This document shows, piece by piece, positions 62,101 through 64,000 of a stretch of DNA of 64,000 bases. The stretch lies in the NCBI GenBank assembly GCA_036172245.1, contig JAYWIR010000001.1, forward strand, positions 1,488,001-1,552,000, written 5' to 3'. The notes beneath the pieces were generated by a model. That model did not search any database. It had not been told where the DNA came from and was given only the letters and a program-made list of their open reading frames with translations. A program made the position numbers and the translations under genes. The DNA comes from Raillietiella orientalis (taxonomy: Eukaryota). The stretch's first letter is position 1, and each line of letters starts with the position of its first letter.

Positions 62101-63975
62101 CAAAAGTACATGTTTTGGGTATGATGTAAGCTGCACTGTGGAAAAACATCCATTTCCTCATCCAGGTGGTAGCCTGCAATGAGAAATACACAAGTGATGA
62201 TTCAGAGCCTGTTGAATTCGCATTTTTCCCTGACGACATCCTGGAGACTATCATTGATTTGAAAATTCATAATGTAACCAACTCAAGTGCTCAAGTCTCA
62301 TGGAAGCCAATACTTACTGCCTGGGAGTACTCACTAAAAGTGCAGGCTAAAAACAACTCATTTGAACCTATCCGAGTATTAAGATGGTTAACTCCTGAAG
62401 CTCTTGGTATGGATGCCTGGAGGGAGTTTATCGTTTATATTTGTTTTATTTTTAGTGTCTGACTTATCCCCTGCTACGCATTATCTGTTCACTGTTTCTG
62501 CCTGGAAGAAAAACTTTCAAGGGCCACCAGCTAGAATTAGTATTACCACCAAAGGTTAGAAAAACATTTTCAGTGCATTCCTCAACTGTCGTTGATAGGA
62601 GAAGCAATTCCAGTGCTGTCAATATCACAATTGTCTTTGCGTATGGGAACCACAGTCTGGATCAGTTGGCAGTATCCAGCAGGTGCCTGGTCATTACCGT
62701 GGCAGTTTGGTGTATACTATGGGCGAAACAAGAAGGAATTGTTTCAGACAGGTTTCATGCTTTGCCAAACAGGAAAAAACTCTTTAAGACGCGTAATCAG
62801 GTGCTCAAAAGTTGACCAATCAGACATCAGTTGTTGTGGATGGTTTGGATGCTTGTGAGGATTACTTGTTTGCTGTCGCTATTGTGGGACCTGCAGGTTA
62901 TGGCCAAGGAAGGCTGGTGCATCAAAGAACAGGACAAGATGAACTTGCACCTCCGAAACATCTAAATGCCACCCTCGTATTCTTAGGACCATCTCACAAT
63001 ATTCCTGCCATAAATCTCACTTGGCAGTCATCTTGCCTAAGGAGTGACACAGAAGATTTGGGATATCAGGTAAGAACAAACATGGATGGAATCCTCGGTC
63101 TTATCCGCAGGGAAGATTCGCTTAGAAGAGAAAACTCTGGGATCTGTATCGTGGACTTATCACGCATCCTCAGAAAGCCTCCCATTACAGCATACTTTGA
63201 CAGTGAGGCGTGGAGGTCGTTACTTGATTCAAGTGCGCACGGACGTTAACGGATCGCGCCTGTCTGCCCCAACCCTTTTCAAAGCACCCTCCTTACCTAC
63301 TCCACATCAGCTCTTTGATTTTGTTTCCAATGATGGCTGGTTTCTGTACTGGAAGAAGCACAGTCTGTCTGATGATCTGGCAAATAGGTGTGTTGGGTTT
63401 CCTTTGCTTGCATTTCCGTAATGCTTTCCCCAGCTCCTACATAGTGTGGAAGTCCCGTGATTCGGAGAATTTCAGTTTGGCAGAAAAGTACAATGTAGAA
63501 TCACCTCCCTACAGGATCCCCAATTCTCGTCAGGGAGAGGTGTTTTATTTAGCAGTCTCCCTTGTAGATGTCTATGGACTTCTCTCTCCACTGTCGGAAG
63601 TTATTTCTGTTGTGGAGCCCACAGGTTGTTGTTATGCGAAATACTGCCTATTGCACGTTTCGGTTCAGCAGAGCAAGTTTTTTATTTGACTTCTGCAAAC
63701 CTAGTCAGCATCCTCACACCAATTGTTTTATTGGCCGTCATACTGACGGTGGCCCTGGTTGCCCTACTGCGTAGCCATCGCCGTCTTCAACATCAGGTTT
63801 CATCATTCAACGCGAGCCGGTACAACAGCCAGTTAGGGAGTGCGACACTGTGCACGTCAGAGGACATAGGTATGAGTTTGCCCGTGGAAGTGTACCGACC
63901 TCCCAATGCATTACAGATAACGAGGATGGTGACCACCAGGGTTTCAGTGATGAGCAGCCTCTAGTGGTTGCCTAG
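56110..63975 (+). CDS. SORL1: Sortilin-related receptor SorLA/LR11 (multi-exon)
   Basis: Domain order: signal peptide (MEWGLFVLSVVFIS, tentative), VPS10 with Asp-boxes (SLDGGKTF, SKDYGKT, SRDGGLHW, SLDQGISW) and 10CC, YWTD propeller (LYWAD, LYFVD, FFTDW, FWDDW), EGF, 9 LDLa repeats, FN3 repeats, TM, and tail FNASRYNSQLGSA..GFSDEQPLVVA* (stop 63973-63975). Exons before about 56530 are uncertain. Confidence 0.95.
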
Positions 63976-64000
63976 AAGTAAAGGCGAGAGAGCGCGCCTT

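Noticed and set aside
1..64000. CRISPR array, rRNA or prokaryotic defence/operon system
   Set aside because: The sequence is eukaryotic with spliceosomal introns; no regularly spaced repeat-spacer array or rRNA-like sequence was seen.

Overview
Eukaryotic (invertebrate metazoan, arthropod-like; species not identifiable) genomic window with four recognisable protein-coding genes. (1) A divergent Six4/5-class SIX-homeobox gene (+, about 15334-15965, probable 3' exon near 19951-19999). (2) Mitochondrial trifunctional enzyme alpha subunit HADHA (-, 28035-32838, 9 exons, about 754 aa). (3) A single-domain LAMP-family membrane protein (+, firm exons 36512-51810, possibly starting head-to-head with HADHA). 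(4) Sortilin-related receptor SORL1/SorLA (+, about 56110-63975). HADHA and SORL1 are AT-rich and CpG-poor with many 39-60 nt introns. The first ~23 kb and the large LAMP introns are GC/CpG-rich and full of decayed mobile DNA: L1/Tx1-like LINE fossils, an unclassified interspersed repeat (6 copies), a tRNA-headed SINE-like family (3 copies), a piggyBac-type MITE and a pogo/Tigger-like MITE. Other observations: strand-biased polypyrimidine tracts inside LINE fossils, a DNA-level duplicate of a HADHA exon, and decayed histone H3-like (possibly also H4-like) sequences with a histone 3' stem-loop inside a LAMP intron. Most ORFs in the supplied track are spurious. No clearly novel multi-gene system was found. 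All homology calls were made by eye and need database confirmation.
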